Assembly: GCA_051747585.1 (NCBI GenBank)
Contig: JBNJGH010000094.1
Coordinates: 1 to 13,070, forward strand
Length of the DNA stretch: 13,070 nucleotides
Source of the DNA: Candidatus Rifleibacteriota bacterium
Lineage (GTDB): Bacteria; Muiribacteriota; Ozemobacteria; Ozemobacterales; Ozemobacteraceae
Direction of reading: 5' to 3'
Position numbers and translations under genes: made by a program. Numbering within the stretch: the stretch's first letter is position 1; every line of letters starts with the position of its first letter. Under the pieces are notes generated by a model, which saw only the letters and a program-made list of their open reading frames with translations, searched no databases and was not told the DNA's origin. Below, in pieces: positions 1 through 6,992 of the stretch.

Positions 1-2725
1 TTAGAAGTTTTTCTTTAATAAACATTTCTTTTTTAAACTTCAGCCATTTTTTTCTGCAATAAGTTAGTGCTTCCTGATCTTTAAATCTTGCAGTTTTTTC
101 AATTAATTTGGTCAAATGGGTACCTTCTGCCCAGTTCATTCCTTCCGGTTTCTCATGGGCATGAGGAAGTGCCCTGGCATTAACTATCAGTTTTCTCGCA
201 AACTTAAAGTATCCAAGAGCCTCTTTGAATCTTTTCAAATTAAATAGTGTCTCAGCCTTCATGGCCAAAACAAATGGGTTGCCTGGAGCATAAGCTCTTA
301 TTCTATTAATTTCGAACAATGCCTTTTTATATTTTTTGCTTGAAATAAATGCTTGGGCAGCCAGATACTGAGCTTCAAGGTCTTCATGGTTCTTGTTTCT
401 GTATTTAAAACCACGTCGATGTATTTTATAAGCTTCAAGAGCGATTTCTGGCTTTTTAACTTTTAAAGCCAGTTTCATTACCGACTTACACAACTGAGGC
501 CCCGGATTTTCCGATAAAAGAAACTTAAGCTGTTCTTCAGATACAGGTTTGCTTTCATTTTGAATTAACAGTAATAAAGCATCTCTTTTATCCTTAAGCC
601 ATTCGGGAAAATCTTCTATTTTGAGTCCTGCAAGTAATTTATCGTTTTTCAGGAGTCCGGTTTTAGCCAGATTCAAGGCAACAAGGAAACGATCAATTAG
701 CGGAGCTTCTTTATTTTTTACAAATTCAGTGCCGGCCCTTTCTGTTTTTGCTTTGAGTCTTTCTCCAAAGAGCGGATGATTCAAACAAATATAAATTCCC
801 CAGTTATCTCTCGTCAGACAGTTTATAAGCTTTTGTTGCAAATCGATATTTTTGTTTGCTTTTAAGCTTGAGATTATCAGCCGGGCAGTTCTAATCCCGC
901 TCAAATCAAGTGGTTCAAGCTCCAGAGACTTTTTATAAGCAAAATATGCCTCTAAATTCTTTTTTTGTAATTCAAGAATTCGGCCATATAAAAAATGCGA
1001 GGCATAATATTTTTCAAAACTCCAGGTAAGCTTTTGGCTTTTCTCTGCCAGAACTTCAAGTGAATGGCCTGCTGCCAGCTTTTTTACTATATCGTGCATT
1101 GCAATATAGGGTTCATGCTTAATCAGCTCTGCTGCTCTTGCAGAAGATTTTCGCCAACCTTGAATACCCTTTTGATATTTTTCTGATGAGCTTTCAAACA
1201 GGTAAATCGAGTGCTGCAAATTGACTGCACCATAAATAGAAGAAGCAAGCAGGAAAGCAACTACAACTTTAAATGGCATTCTTACCCTGAAAAGTTTTGT
1301 TTTCTGTGACAATGGGAAAAAAAGCAAAAAACTTATTATTGCTGTCATAGATGGAGTGTTCCAGGCGAAATCTCCCAGACCAGTCATTAATAAGCTGACA
1401 ATGGTAAAACGATAAAGTTTTGTTTTATTGCGATATAGGTTTATTGCAGTCACAATAAGGAAAGCAGTAAAAAGAACAAGCCCACCCCACAACAGCAACT
1501 CAAGTATCATTTGATGACTGTGGGGATAGTTCCAGTCTAGTATCCAGTAGCGATTTTCTTCATAAATGAATTGTGGTAGAAAAGCGAAAGACATAATGCC
1601 ATTGCCGGCAACTGGTTTTTCCAGAAAATTTTGCCAGGCAGAATACCAAATCGAAAAACGTTCATTTTGTATAAGCTCATTTATACTTATTTGCTGCGAG
1701 ACTCTCAAAAAAAACAGGCCTGCAACAATCAGTAAAACTGCAACGGCTTTCAAAGAAATTTTCCGGCCTTTTTCAAACAAAAAATATAAGGTAAAAGTTA
1801 AAAGAGCAATCATTAAAATTAATCTTGCCCCGGTAAGAACGAGTAAAAACCCTAAAATAAAGGATACGATCAGTGAAGAAGCTTTATTGAATACTCCTGC
1901 TTTTTTTAGATACAGCAAAAACCAGAGCATAGCCAACAGCCAGGTCGCCAGCCTGTTAGCATGTATTCCCGGAGCTGAAGCGCGGCGCATGAAGAATTCT
2001 GACAATGATTCGGTAACAAGCAAACTGTTTAAATAAGAGTTCAAAACTGCCATCAAACCGCCGGCCATTAAGGCCACCATATATACTTTCCTGTTTTTGG
2101 GGGAACTTGTAGACCAGAACAAAATTAAACTGAAAAACAACATCATATACTGGCTGGTATAACCGGGTGCAAAACTAAATGAATGATGGTTCAATAAAGT
2201 AAGACCGATAAAAAACGCAATCAGATGCCTGATATCGACAGCAACTCTGTTAATTGGCGATACAAGCCTTTTTAAAACAACGGCAAGCAACAAAATCACC
2301 TGGTTTGAACAATAATAGCTCATCTGCATTCCAAGTCCGGTATTACGCATCATAGAAGGTTCAAAACCAAGACCGAGATGATAAATTACAGAGGCTTCAG
2401 TAAATGCCGGGTTTAGTATTAATAATAAAGCATTGCCAAGCCAGGAAATCTGATAAAATAAAGAAAAATTACCCAGCTGTTCGGCACCATAACTATGGAT
2501 GTCAAAAGAAATCAGCAAAAGTAATATATACAGGGCAGAAAAACCATTTCGATAAATATAAAAAATAATTAAAGAGAAAATTGTGATAAAATCAAAAGAT
2601 TGGTTGAAGATAAAACCGATATCGCAATCGTTTATAAGAAGCATATAAAGTGAACCGACGAACAAAAGGAATGCCTCGGCAAGCCAATAGATTATATTTT
2701 TTCTTCCAGGTTTTTCCCGGGTCAT
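1..2725 (-). CDS. O-antigen ligase (Wzy_C/WaaL/PglL-like) family membrane protein with C-terminal TPR region; 3' end beyond window
   Basis: Manual translation from ATG 2725 (MTREKPGRKNIIYWLAEAFLLF...) stays open to the window edge (908 codons). Many TM segments in the first ~500 aa. Wzy_C-type motifs: HANRLA, VLTGAR, NERFSIWYSAWQNFLEKPVAGNG, YPHSHQMILELLLWGG. TPR-like helices follow (HFLYGRILELQKKNLEAYFAYKKSLELEP; MKAETLFNLKRFKEALGYF). Confidence 0.85.
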   Translation of the reverse strand, partial: MTREKPGRKNIIYWLAEAFLLFVGSLYMLLINDCDIGFIFNQSFDFITIFSLIIFYIYRNGFSALYILLLLISFDIHSYGAEQLGNFSLFYQISWLGNALLLILNPAFTEASVIYHLGLGFEPSMMRNTGLGMQMSYYCSNQVILLLAVVLKRLVSPINRVAVDIRHLIAFFIGLTLLNHHSFSFAPGYTSQYMMLFFSLILFWSTSSPKNRKVYMVALMAGGLMAVLNSYLNSLLVTESLSEFFMRRASAPGIHANRLATWLLAMLWFLLYLKKAGVFNKASSLIVSFILGFLLVLTGARLILMIALLTFTLYFLFEKGRKISLKAVAVLLIVAGLFFLRVSQQISINELIQNERFSIWYSAWQNFLEKPVAGNGIMSFAFLPQFIYEENRYWILDWNYPHSHQMILELLLWGGLVLFTAFLIVTAINLYRNKTKLYRFTIVSLLMTGLGDFAWNTPSMTAIISFLLFFPLSQKTKLFRVRMPFKVVVAFLLASSIYGAVNLQHSIYLFESSSEKYQKGIQGWRKSSARAAELIKHEPYIAMHDIVKKLAAGHSLEVLAEKSQKLTWSFEKYYASHFLYGRILELQKKNLEAYFAYKKSLELEPLDLSGIRTARLIISSLKANKNIDLQQKLINCLTRDNWGIYICLNHPLFGERLKAKTERAGTEFVKNKEAPLIDRFLVALNLAKTGLLKNDKLLAGLKIEDFPEWLKDKRDALLLLIQNESKPVSEEQLKFLLSENPGPQLCKSVMKLALKVKKPEIALEAYKIHRRGFKYRNKNHEDLEAQYLAAQAFISSKKYKKALFEINRIRAYAPGNPFVLAMKAETLFNLKRFKEALGYFKFARKLIVNARALPHAHEKPEGMNWAEGTHLTKLIEKTARFKDQEALTYCRKKWLKFKKEMFIKEKLL

Positions 2726-2757
2726 TTTATGCCTGCTATATTTTTTTATTTTACTTC

Positions 2758-2786
2758 TGGAAAATTAAGCTTTTTCATGCTAATAT
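2758..2786 (+). promoter_or_regulatory. Putative sigma70 promoter of the rplU operon
   Basis: TGGAAA (2758-2763), 17-nt spacer, TAATAT (2781-2786), with extended -10 TG at 2778-2779. Confidence 0.5.
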
Positions 2787-2868
2787 AAGTTTTCCCATGA
2801 AACAATAGCCCGATATTATTTAACTGGTTTTTATAAAACTTAACTAGACTCACTTGGGGGTAGTTTAA

Positions 2869-3180
2869 ATGTACGCCATAGTAGAAATTGGTGGAAGACA
2901 ATTTAAAGTAGAAAAAGGCAGTAGAATTAACTGCGAAAAAATCGATCAGGAAGCAAATTCTTCTTTTGCTATCGATAAGGTTCTGATGATTAATGATGGA
3001 GATAAAGTTCAGGTTGGCCAGCCATACGTTGATGGTGCAAAGGTACAAGCCAAGGTTTTGAACCATGGCCGTGGTAAGAAAGTTACCGTATTCAAGTACA
3101 AAAGCAAAGTCAATTATCGCCGAAAACGCGGCCACAGACAGCATTTCTCTTCATTGCTCATTGAGGACATTAACAACTGA
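2869..3180 (+). CDS. rplU: 50S ribosomal protein bL21
   Basis: MYAIVEIGGRQFKV...KVTVFKYKSKVNYRRKRGHRQ is the L21 signature; 103 aa; SD-like GGGGGT at 2856-2861. Confidence 0.98.
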   Translation: MYAIVEIGGRQFKVEKGSRINCEKIDQEANSSFAIDKVLMINDGDKVQVGQPYVDGAKVQAKVLNHGRGKKVTVFKYKSKVNYRRKRGHRQHFSSLLIEDINN

Positions 3181-3183
3181 TTA

Positions 3184-3495
3184 ATGGTTTTTATTGAATT
3201 CTCTTATCCGGAGAATCATGACCTTAAGCTTAAAGTTAAAGGACATGCAGAAAAATCAGGCAAAGGCAACGATGTAGTTTGTGCCGCAGTATCGGCCCTG
3301 GTTCAGACTCTGGCAGCGGGAGTTCAAAAAAATCTTGAAGCACAGGTTAATGGCAAGCTTGAAACTGGAGATTGTGACTTAACAATCAGAGTCCCCAAAG
3401 AAAACCAGGCAGATGCCGAACTTGTTTTCAAGATTTTTCGTTACGGGTTCCAGAAGATTGCTGAATCTTATCCGGAACATGTAAAATTGAATTAA
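3184..3495 (+). CDS. prp: Ribosomal-processing cysteine protease Prp (YsxB family)
   Basis: Diagnostic position between rplU and rpmA; His/Cys dyad motifs KGHA and DVVCAAVS; C-terminal IAESYPEHV; 103 aa. Confidence 0.92.
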   Translation: MVFIEFSYPENHDLKLKVKGHAEKSGKGNDVVCAAVSALVQTLAAGVQKNLEAQVNGKLETGDCDLTIRVPKENQADAELVFKIFRYGFQKIAESYPEHVKLN

Positions 3496-3513
3496 TTACC
3501 TGGGGGTATAAAT

Positions 3514-3771
3514 ATGTCTCATAAGAAAGGACAGGGTTCATCAACCAACGGTCGTGATAGTAATCCTAAAATGCTGGGCGTAAAAAAATCTGATGGTCAG
3601 GCTGTAATTGCCGGTAACATCATAATGCGTCAGCGTGGCACCCGCATTAATCCGGGTAAAAACGTAGGCAGAGGCAAAGATGACACTTTGTTTGCTCTTA
3701 CCGATGGTAAAGTAAGCTTTGGTCGTTTTAGAGGTCGCAATGCAGTGAGTGTACTTCCGGCCGACGCTTAG
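3514..3771 (+). CDS. rpmA: 50S ribosomal protein bL27 (short form, no N-terminal extension)
   Basis: [16 protein letters not shown]...[10 protein letters not shown]...[11 protein letters not shown]-like GGGGGT at 3502-3507. Confidence 0.98.
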   Translation: MSHKKGQGSSTNGRDSNPKMLGVKKSDGQAVIAGNIIMRQRGTRINPGKNVGRGKDDTLFALTDGKVSFGRFRGRNAVSVLPADA

Positions 3772-3790
3772 AAATTGCTCAAAACAGTAA

Positions 3791-3822
3791 TAAAAAACCG
3801 CCGCTCAAACGGCGGTTTTTTA
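3791..3822. terminator. Bidirectional intrinsic terminator between rpmA and neuC
   Basis: Perfect 13-bp inverted repeat TAAAAAACCGCCG-ctcaaa-CGGCGGTTTTTTA giving a U-tract on both strands; includes the neuC stop codon (3820-3822). Confidence 0.93.
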
Positions 3823-4986
3823 TTTTCCAATATCATAAAATGATTTACCTTTGCCAGGCTTTAAGAAATCTAATCGGACCAGAATTTCAACAATTTTATC
3901 AATTGAATTTTCGCCCTCGTAAATGTTTGGCATCTTTTTTAATTTTTCAATAAATTCAGGTTTTTCGATCAATTTTAATGCATTTCTGAGGCTGTGCTTT
4001 TCAAATTTAACATCAATTACATGAATTCCATGCGGCCTTCCCTTCTGCCTGTCGCCAAAGTTAATAACCGGAACCTTTAAAGATGGAATTTCAATAATTC
4101 CGCTTGAGGAATTTCCAGCAACAAATTGAGCAATAGCAGCAAGAGAAAGATACCTTCTGCGCCCTAGATTTTTAAAAAATTTAATCTTTTGCGGCCATTT
4201 ATTTGCAGCTTTCATAAGTAAATCGTTAATCGCCACCCCTTCAGGATCAGAGTTAGCAGCTGTAAAAATAAAATTATTTTCCGGTAGTTCCTTCAGTAAA
4301 CAATCAATTACTTCCGGTAGTTTTCTGCTTACCAGCCCGAGGCTACAAGTCTCCGGATGAAAAGTCGCAAGGACAATATTTTTGTTTAACGAAATATTAA
4401 GATCTGCCTCGAGTTCTTTTCGATCTAGTTTTTTTATTTCGCTTAACTTGTACAACCCGGGATCACCCACGTTAAAAACGGTTTCAGGCTGCTCACCAAG
4501 TTGAATAACTCTTTGCCGATATTCTTTATTTGCCGTAAAGTGAACGTCGGCCATTTTGGTGATGCTGTGGCGCAAACAATCGTCAAAAGCTCCCTGGGTG
4601 ATTTCTCCCCCGGAAATATGAGCCAATTTAGTACCGCTCAATCGACAAATAGCAGCTACTGCAAAAACTTCATAACGGTCGCCTAACACCACTGCGATAT
4701 CGGGATTCAATTTACCAAGAATTTCGGGAAATTCTTTAAAAATATCTCCCATTTCATAAAAAATTCCTTCTGAATTTTTTGACTTGGTACATTTAACCTC
4801 AGCTGTTATTTCAACTTTATCTTCAACAATTTCCTTTATCGAATAACCTGTATTTTCATCAAAATGCGATCCGGTAACAATTAGTTGCTCTTCTATTGCA
4901 GGATGCTTTTTTAATTCAAACCACAAATGCTTCAGAATGCCCCACTCGGCTCTTGAACCGGTTATAACAGCTATTTTTCTTTTCAT
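3820..4986 (-). CDS. neuC: UDP-N-acetylglucosamine 2-epimerase (hydrolysing), NeuC/LegG family
   Basis: ITGSRAEWG, VLGDRYE, HISGGE, LRHSITK, TFHPET, GNSSSGIIE, GDRQKGR and terminal KSFYDI match the hydrolysing NeuC type rather than WecB. Confidence 0.9.
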   Translation of the reverse strand: MKRKIAVITGSRAEWGILKHLWFELKKHPAIEEQLIVTGSHFDENTGYSIKEIVEDKVEITAEVKCTKSKNSEGIFYEMGDIFKEFPEILGKLNPDIAVVLGDRYEVFAVAAICRLSGTKLAHISGGEITQGAFDDCLRHSITKMADVHFTANKEYRQRVIQLGEQPETVFNVGDPGLYKLSEIKKLDRKELEADLNISLNKNIVLATFHPETCSLGLVSRKLPEVIDCLLKELPENNFIFTAANSDPEGVAINDLLMKAANKWPQKIKFFKNLGRRRYLSLAAIAQFVAGNSSSGIIEIPSLKVPVINFGDRQKGRPHGIHVIDVKFEKHSLRNALKLIEKPEFIEKLKKMPNIYEGENSIDKIVEILVRLDFLKPGKGKSFYDIGK

Positions 4987-5034
4987 ATTTTTTTCTTCAC
5001 AAACTTTAATCTGTTTCAGTTTCTTTGTATTTTT

Positions 5035-5062
5035 TAAGCTTTCAGGCCAGTTTTGCCGATAT
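5035..5062 (+). promoter_or_regulatory. Putative sigma28 (FliA/SigD-type) promoter
   Basis: TAAG (5035-5038)-N16-GCCGATAT (5055-5062); the -10 matches the SigD consensus and lies 33 nt upstream of an SD-led small ORF. Confidence 0.55.
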
Positions 5063-5095
5063 ATAAAGTAACGAAATTATGCAGGAGGTGCTTTC

Positions 5096-5239
5096 ATGTG
5101 TGCACAGGAACTGGTCGCTCTCTTTCGCTTCTCGGGTAATAGCTGCCCAGCCTGCCAAAGAATTGTCAATCGTTACGAACGCACCTTAAAACTTACTGAA
5201 AAAGACATCGAACATCTCGAGAACTGCATCTTGAAATAA
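5096..5239 (+). CDS. 47-aa Cys/His-rich small protein, probably Zn-binding
   Basis: Full SD AGGAGGTG (5083-5090) 5 nt before ATG. Sequence MCAQELVALFRFSGNSCPACQRIVNRYERTLKLTEKDIEHLENCILK contains CxxC and HxxxC. Fills an otherwise empty 291-nt gap. Confidence 0.8.
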   Translation: MCAQELVALFRFSGNSCPACQRIVNRYERTLKLTEKDIEHLENCILK

Positions 5240-5277
5240 TTACACCTAAAAAAGCCTTATAGTCATACGGATCAGAT

Positions 5278-6657
5278 CTAAAAAAAGGTCTGGTCTGTTT
5301 TTTTTCTTTCAAGAAACTTACCCTGTCCTTTTTGGCCTTTCCAACCCAGGTTTTCACCATATATAACATTTCCGCGAAACAGGGTCATAATATTTTTTCC
5401 TGTAATTTCAAGTCCCTCATAGGGCGAATAGTCAAGATTCATATTAAGAGATGAATGTTTTACCTGCCATTTCTTTTGAGGAGAAAAAACCATTATATCA
5501 GCATCAGTTCCCGGTAGAAGGCTTCCTTTTTCAGGGTATAGGCCAAAGAGTTTAGCCGGATTCTCACTAATAGATTTAACGGCTTTTTCGACACAAATTT
5601 TTCCCTCTGCGGCACCGTTTAGAACAAATGCAGGCAAAGTTTCTATTCCTGGCAGCCCCATTGGGAGAGATAAAATACTCTCATTCCATGAATTTTTGTC
5701 TTTCAGAGTAAATGGGCAATGATCGGTTGCGACTACTGCAATATGATCTCTATCAAGATTGCTCCATAACTTTTCCTGTTGCTTTTTACTTCTAACCGGA
5801 GGGCAACAACTGAAGTAGTGACCCTCAAGCGTCTTTAATTTTGAGTTATCCAGGTAAAGGTATTGAGGACATGTTTCACCAATAATCGGAGCACCCAAAG
5901 CTCTTAACTCAGCAATCTTTTCTGCCCCGGAACCGGAAGAAGTATGTACGACATAGGTTTTACAGCCGGTTTCTGCTGCTAAAAGTCCAAGGCGATTTAT
6001 TGCCTCAACTTCGGATATAACAGGACGGGTAGAGATTAAGGATTTAATTCCCAGATTATTATTTTTTTCTGCTTCATCTGTTAAGTCATCGATTAAGTTT
6101 CCATTTTCTGAGTGAACAGTAAGCATTAACCCGTTTTTTACACAACTTTGCATAATTTTTAACAGATTAAAATCGGACTGCATTTTTCCGGTTTTGCCAT
6201 AGGCCATAAATACTTTAAAACTGGTTAAACCATAATCACAAAGTTGATCCATCTGATTGGCAACTTCGGATGAATATTTTCCAATACATGCATGAAAACC
6301 ATAATCTATGGCAGCCTGGCCTTCAGCTTGTTCTTTTCTTTTCTTCAAACTTGCTAAGACTCCTTCAGAACCTTCCTGGGCTAAGAAATCTATAATGGTA
6401 GTCACACCACCAATTGCGCCGGCTCTTGTTCCGCTATAAAAATTATCTGCCGAAACCGCCCCGGCAAATGGCAATGAAAAATGAGTGTGGGCATCTATTG
6501 CTCCGGGTAGTATCCATCCGCCAGAAACATCTATATTCTCATTGCCTTTTAAATTATTCCCAAGACACGCAATTTTTTCCCCACTAATTGCAACATCCAT
6601 TTTATGAAAATCGTTATCAATAAATACAAGTCCATTTTTTAAAACGAGATCGTACAT
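5278..6657 (-). CDS. hydA: Dihydropyrimidinase / D-hydantoinase (cyclic amidohydrolase)
   Basis: PGAIDAHTH, GGVTTIIDF, SFKVFMAY (carbamylated Lys), VHSEN, VHTS, ETCPQYL, ATDHCPF, GTDADI; the binuclear-metal ligand motifs are all present. Confidence 0.88.
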   Translation of the reverse strand: MYDLVLKNGLVFIDNDFHKMDVAISGEKIACLGNNLKGNENIDVSGGWILPGAIDAHTHFSLPFAGAVSADNFYSGTRAGAIGGVTTIIDFLAQEGSEGVLASLKKRKEQAEGQAAIDYGFHACIGKYSSEVANQMDQLCDYGLTSFKVFMAYGKTGKMQSDFNLLKIMQSCVKNGLMLTVHSENGNLIDDLTDEAEKNNNLGIKSLISTRPVISEVEAINRLGLLAAETGCKTYVVHTSSGSGAEKIAELRALGAPIIGETCPQYLYLDNSKLKTLEGHYFSCCPPVRSKKQQEKLWSNLDRDHIAVVATDHCPFTLKDKNSWNESILSLPMGLPGIETLPAFVLNGAAEGKICVEKAVKSISENPAKLFGLYPEKGSLLPGTDADIMVFSPQKKWQVKHSSLNMNLDYSPYEGLEITGKNIMTLFRGNVIYGENLGWKGQKGQGKFLERKKTDQTFF

Positions 6658-6750
6658 AATAATCTAACCTGTTTGCTTGGATTTTCATTTAAAATACATG
6701 AAATCCTGCCGAAATGAAAAGTGGCAAATCTTGAAACTGAGGTCAATTAA

Positions 6751-6918
6751 ATGAATTATTTTTCTCTTTTAGCAGGTTTTATCAGTGGTATTGCCTTAAG
6801 CGCAATTTTTTTTATTTTTGCCCGAACTCAAAAATTAAAAAATTACCTGGGCTATGAAAAAGTGAAAGATTTATCATATTTTGGCAGAAGCTCAGTAAAA
6901 AAGGGCAAAAAAAGATAA
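6751..6918 (+). CDS. 55-aa single-pass membrane protein with basic tail
   Basis: SD GAGGT (6739-6743) 7 nt before ATG. MNYFSLLAGFISGIALSAIFFIFARTQKLKNYLGYEKVKDLSYFGRSSVKKGKKR has an N-terminal TM helix with GxxxG and a Lys-rich C-terminus. Confidence 0.65.
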   Translation: MNYFSLLAGFISGIALSAIFFIFARTQKLKNYLGYEKVKDLSYFGRSSVKKGKKR

Positions 6919-6965
6919 AAAAAGCTCTTAACAGTTTAATTATGCATTTTTACCTGGAGAAAATT

Positions 6966-6992
6966 ATGTTATCTTTTGATTTGCAACTATGA
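6966..6992 (+). other. 8-codon upstream ORF (MLSFDLQL) whose stop overlaps the start of the TPR gene
   Basis: SD GGAG (6956-6959) 6 nt before ATG 6966; TGA 6990-6992 overlaps ATG 6989 and ATG 6992; the downstream gene has no SD of its own. Confidence 0.35.

Noticed and set aside
1566..2036. 156-aa plus-strand ORF in the track
   Set aside because: Antisense shadow of the O-antigen-ligase gene; no recognisable motif.
2786..2816. TAAG...CCCGATAT as a sigma28 promoter for rplU
   Set aside because: 19-nt spacer is too long, and a sigma70 promoter fits better.
2746..3144. 132-aa minus-strand ORF
   Set aside because: Antisense shadow of rplU.
2869..3771. rplU, prp and rpmA share one reading frame (possible read-through polyprotein; prp ends VKLN, like the KLN of the L27 extension)
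   Set aside because: One-in-nine chance; rpmA has its own SD; TAA is an efficient stop; the linker LPGGIN lacks the LQFF motif.
4496..4686. CCAAGTTG-N11-GCCGATAT inside neuC and the 61-aa plus-strand ORF
   Set aside because: Antisense within conserved coding sequence; the ORF starts upstream of the -10 and has no SD. Kept only as a caution about motif background.
5278..6657. Dihydropyrimidinase without adjacent pyrimidine-degradation genes
   Set aside because: Stand-alone hydantoinases are common and the active site is canonical.
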